Shown here piece after piece: positions 37,840-42,128 of a stretch of 42,128 bases of DNA. A program made the translations under genes and the position numbers. The DNA is from Tubiluchus corallicola (lineage: Eukaryota > Animalia > Priapulida). Location of the stretch: the NCBI GenBank assembly GCA_030141605.1, contig JAQGDQ010001412.1:1-42128 (forward strand), in the 5' to 3' direction. Each line of letters begins with the position of its first letter. Position 1 is the first letter of the stretch. Below the pieces are notes generated by a model. That model was not told the origin of the DNA. It did no database searches and was given only the letters and a program-made list of their open reading frames with translations.

Positions 37840-38350
37840 GTCCTTAATATATAAGATTCGAGGCTACAGCTGGGACGACGCAACCATTAGTGGTGATCTA
37901 TACATCAAACGAAAGGTCTCGATCTCGTGTCCTACCATTGGGGGTTAATTTTTCGAATCGGGCCCACCGGGCGAACGGATGCGCAAAACCTCCAAAAATG
38001 GCCATTTTCGGCCGTTTTTTGCAAAACTTGTACGTCTGAGATCTGGAAAAATGGTATGGGTCGTGGGTGGTGCTGCCTATGGATAGATAGCCCGTTCAGC
38101 GGTGGGTGTAGTAGGCGTATTTAGAATTTGCGAGAGGGGCACGGTGTCCCGTAAGGAGCGTTTTCCCGGGACCCAACTCTCGATTTTTTCGAAATTTTGA
38201 CCAAACAGCCTGTAGAAAAAACGTTCTAGCGGCGCCTGGTGGGACTTTCGAAAGGAGATATTTAGCTCATTAGAAAGAGGAGGAACAGGGCTACACGATT
38301 GGTGTGGGCTATATTTTATGGCACGTCCACCCTGAGGAGTGCCGACCAGT
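37840..38350 (+). mobile_element. Helitron-like non-autonomous element; partial inverted copy at 34020-34218
   Basis: Starts TCCTTAATATATAAG and ends with a GGCAC...GTGCC hairpin then CCAG|T. The first ~180 bp recur in reverse complement at 34020-34218. Confidence 0.45.
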
Positions 38351-38811
38351 TAATTATTCTATTTTTTGCAATTTTCGCTTGGAAACTTGCTGACGCAAAG
38401 CCATTGTTCTGACATCATATATTATACTCCTTATAACTTTAATTCAGTAAAAGCTGCTGCTGGCTTTGCGTTATAAGTGAGGACTAGGATGTCCGCGTAT
38501 TATTGATCATAAGTGTACTCATATGCAAAATTTTTTGCCGTTCCTTTGCTAGTTAGAATATTATATTTATCATTTTTATCAGCGGCAATGATTTCTATTG
38601 AGTTTGATTCATTCTAATGCTTTTCATCTACTTTATCAATTTGTTGAGATATTTTAGGCACATGCGTTCTCCACGGTTGGCAAGAGGTTTGAGGCCTTTT
38701 CCGATTGTTTTGCTGGCTCATTTCCTCATCTTTTCTACATCTTTCTTTTCTGTCTGTGTTTGCCCGAAATGTAATCTCCGTGAGTTATTTTTGAGAGTGC
38801 CAAACCGAAAT

Positions 38812-40838
38812 GATATATGAATTTATATGATATGATATATGAATTTATATGATGTGATATATGAATTTATATGATGTGATATATGCATTTATATGATATG
38901 ATATGAATTTATATGATATGATATATGAATTTATATGATGTGATATATGAATTTATATGATGTGATATATGAATTTATATGATGTGATATATGAATTTAT
39001 ATGATATGATATATGAATTTATATGATGTGATATATGAATTTATATGATGTGATATATGAATTTATATGATATGATATGAATTTATATGATGTGATATAT
39101 GAATTTATATGATGTGATATATGAATTTATATGATGTGATATATGAATTTATATGATATGATATATGAATTTATATGATGTGATATATGAATTTATATGA
39201 TGTGATATATGAATTTATATGATATGATATGAATTTATATGATGTGATATATGAATTTATATGATGTGATATATGAATTTATATGATGTGATATATGAAT
39301 TTATATGATGTGATATATGAATTTATATGATGTGATATATGAATTTATATGATGTGATATATGAATTTATATGACGTGATATATGAATTTATATGATGTG
39401 ATATATGAATTTATATGATGTGATATATGAATTTATATGATGTGATATATGAATTTATATGATGTGATATATGAATTTATATGATGTGATATATGAATTT
39501 ATATGACATGATATATGAATTTATATGATGTGATATATGAATTTATATGATGTGATATATGAATTTATATGATATGATATATGAATTTATATGATATGAT
39601 ATATGAATTTATATGATGTGATATATGAATTTATTCCACAGCAACTTAAACATACATACACATTGTTATTACAATGAAAAAAATTATAAACTAAACGAGT
39701 TACTGTGAGGAGGAGGAAGGAGCATTGAGCTTTCGAGTCCTCCTCCAGATAAGTGGAACAATTGACAATTAACATTACATTTTCATCAGTTATAGCATAC
39801 ATTAGAACAAAATAAGTTTTGTTAGTAACTTAAGATCAGGATGAGTAAAATTGTGAGTTAATTATACCGTTGTAGTAGGTAATTCTTTGATGCTTTTTTA
39901 AATTGATTTTTCATTTCACGCGGAATTGATGACCATATTTTAATAACATTATATTTTGATGACTGTTTCATCATATTTGTTTTTGGAAAACGGAGTACAT
40001 AGTTTTCGACTGAATATCTTGTGTAAAGATCATGTTGATTTGAAACTGGACTAAACTACGACGTCATATGACGTAGAGCCCTTTTTGTGACATCATGCAT
40101 TTAAACAGTATGGTAGCGCTTATGCAAATGTGCTTGATGCGCCAGGGAAGGTGCTTACCGAAGTTAGTTTCTGACGTGTGTTTGGTTACAGTTAATTAAC
40201 TTTCTAAGCTGATCACTCAAATATAAGAAACAATTGTCAACTTTTACGGGCAAGAAAATGTATATTTGTTACAGTGAATTAAAATGAGATTGAGTCTAAG
40301 CAATCGTCTGGCTAGCCTTTAAGCTCGTAGCCCTAATGAAGCATATTAGAGCATGATGCACGGGATTGATAATAATGCATTACTCACTGTGCTTGGATTA
40401 CAACAATTTATCTAAAAATAATGCATTGGGTAAAAGCTTACTGTTTAATAGTCCCTGTCATGTAGTTGTAGATTGTTATGTAATTGTAGGTTGTCATGTA
40501 GTTGTGGTTTGTTATGTAATTGTAGGTTGTCATGTAGTTGTAGTTTGTTATGTTGTTGTAGGTTGTCATGTAGTTGTATATTGTTATGTAGTTGTAGGTT
40601 GTTATGTAGTTGTAGTTGTTATGTAGTTGTAGGTTGTTATGTAGTTGTAGGTTGTTATGTAGTTGTAGGTTGTTATGTAGTTGTAGGTTGTTATGTAGTT
40701 GTAGTTTGTTATGTAGTTGTAGATTGTTATGTAGTTGTAGGTTGTTATGTAGTTGTAGTTTATGTAGTTGTAGGTTGTTATGTAGTTGTAGTTTATGTAG
40801 TTGTAGGTTGTTATGTAGTTGTAGGTTGTTATGTAGTT
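38812..40838. repeat. Right arm of the large inverted repeat
   Basis: 22-bp array (38812-39633), core (39633-40457) and 18-bp array (40457-40838) mirror the left arm. The arms differ by a few substitutions, an indel and array copy number. Confidence 0.92.
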
Positions 40839-41565
40839 CAAGTGCGACTTAGGTAAGTCAAATGTAGACACAGGAAAGTTCAAGTGCGACTTAGGTAAGT
40901 CAAATGTAGACACAGGAAAGTTCAAATGCGACTTAGGTAAGTCAAATGTAGACACAGGAAAGTTCAAGTGCGACTTAGGTAAGTCAAATGTAGACACAGG
41001 AAAATTCAAATGCGACTTAGGTAAGTCAAATGTAGACACAGGAAAGTTCAAGTGCGACTTAGGTAAGTCAAATGTAGACACAGGAAAGTTCAAATGCGAC
41101 TTAGGTAAGTCAAATGTAGACACAGGAAAGTTCAAATGCGACTTAGGTAAGTCAAATGTAGACACAGGAAAGTCCAAATGTGACTTAGGTAAGTCAAATG
41201 TAGACACAGGAAAGTTCAAATGTGACTTAGGTAAGTCAAATGTAGACACAGGAAAGTCCAAATGTGACTTAGGTAAGTCAAATGTAGACACAGGAAAGTT
41301 CAAATGCGACTTAGGTAAGTCAAATGTAGACACAGGAAAGTTCAAATGCGACTTAGGTAAGTCAAATGTAGACACAGGAAAGTTCAAATGTGACTTAGGT
41401 AAGTCAAATGTAGACACAGGAAAAGTTCAAATGTGACTTAGGTAAGTCAAATGTAGACACAGGAAAGTTCAAGTGTGACTTAGGTAAGTCAAATGTAGAC
41501 ACAGGAAAGTTCAAATGCGACTTAGGTAAGTCAAATGTAGACACAGGAAAGTTCAAATGTGACTA
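40838..41565. repeat. 42-bp minisatellite (~17 units)
   Basis: gttcaaatgcgacttaggtaagtcaaatgtagacacaggaaa units. Confidence 0.96.
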
Positions 41566-41740
41566 CATTGTTATTTTAACTTAAGAGCAATTGTTAAATT
41601 GAAATTAAAGAAGATTATATTTAACATCCTTAAACTTTACCACCTAGCCACATTTGAGATACCAATGTCACATTTGACTTGACATGTGTCTACATTTGAC
41701 TTACCAAAAACGCTTAAGATTTCTTGAAAACCATTGTTAA

Positions 41741-42128
41741 CACATTTGAACTACCTAAGTCTACATTTGAGTTACCAAGACACATTTGAACTACCCAAGT
41801 CTACATTTGAGTTACCAAGACACATTTGAACTACCTAAGTCTACATTTGAGTTACCAAGACACATTTGAACTACCTAAGTCTACATTTGAGTTACCAAGA
41901 CACATTTGAATTACCTAAATCTACATTTGAGTTACCAAGACACATTTGAATTACCTAAGTCTACATTTGAGTTACCAAGACACATTTGAACTACCTAAGT
42001 CTACATTTGAGTTACCAAGACACATTTGAATTACCTAAATCTACATTTGAGTTACCAAGACACATTTGAATTACCTAAATCTACATTTGAGTTACCAAGA
42101 CACATTTGAACTACCTAAGTCTACATTT
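41741..42128. repeat. 40-bp minisatellite running off the window end
   Basis: cacatttgaactacctaagtctacatttgagttaccaaga units. Confidence 0.96.

Overview
AT-rich, repeat-dense animal (invertebrate-type) nuclear DNA with spliceosomal introns and a 495-nt assembly gap (22577-23071). Main gene: a multi-exon DEG/ENaC (ASIC/degenerin-family) channel on the minus strand. Six phase-consistent exons were traced from 21124 down to 1419, plus a candidate first exon at 25945-25995, and the gene continues beyond position 1. A complete two-exon TOMM20 gene sits antisense inside its 11-kb intron. The last two exons of a second DEG/ENaC gene (beta-strand exon and TM2 exon) lie on the plus strand at 33109-34580, convergent with a small secreted LRR-type gene carrying two compensating 2-nt indels. 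Both lie between ~1.6-2 kb inverted repeats. Most unusual observations: (i) a 58-bp minisatellite whose unit is the channel gene's own 3' splice site plus exon start, creating ~18 upstream decoy acceptors; (ii) a 5S rRNA/RTE-like chimeric element whose 5' end is an antisense copy of its 3' end; (iii) intron-derived segments of gene 1 reappearing in colinear order ahead of the orphan plus-strand exons. There are also many MITEs, solo LTRs, tRNA-derived SINEs, a tandem P-like element with a decayed THAP exon, and satellites. All calls were made by eye; no searches were run.
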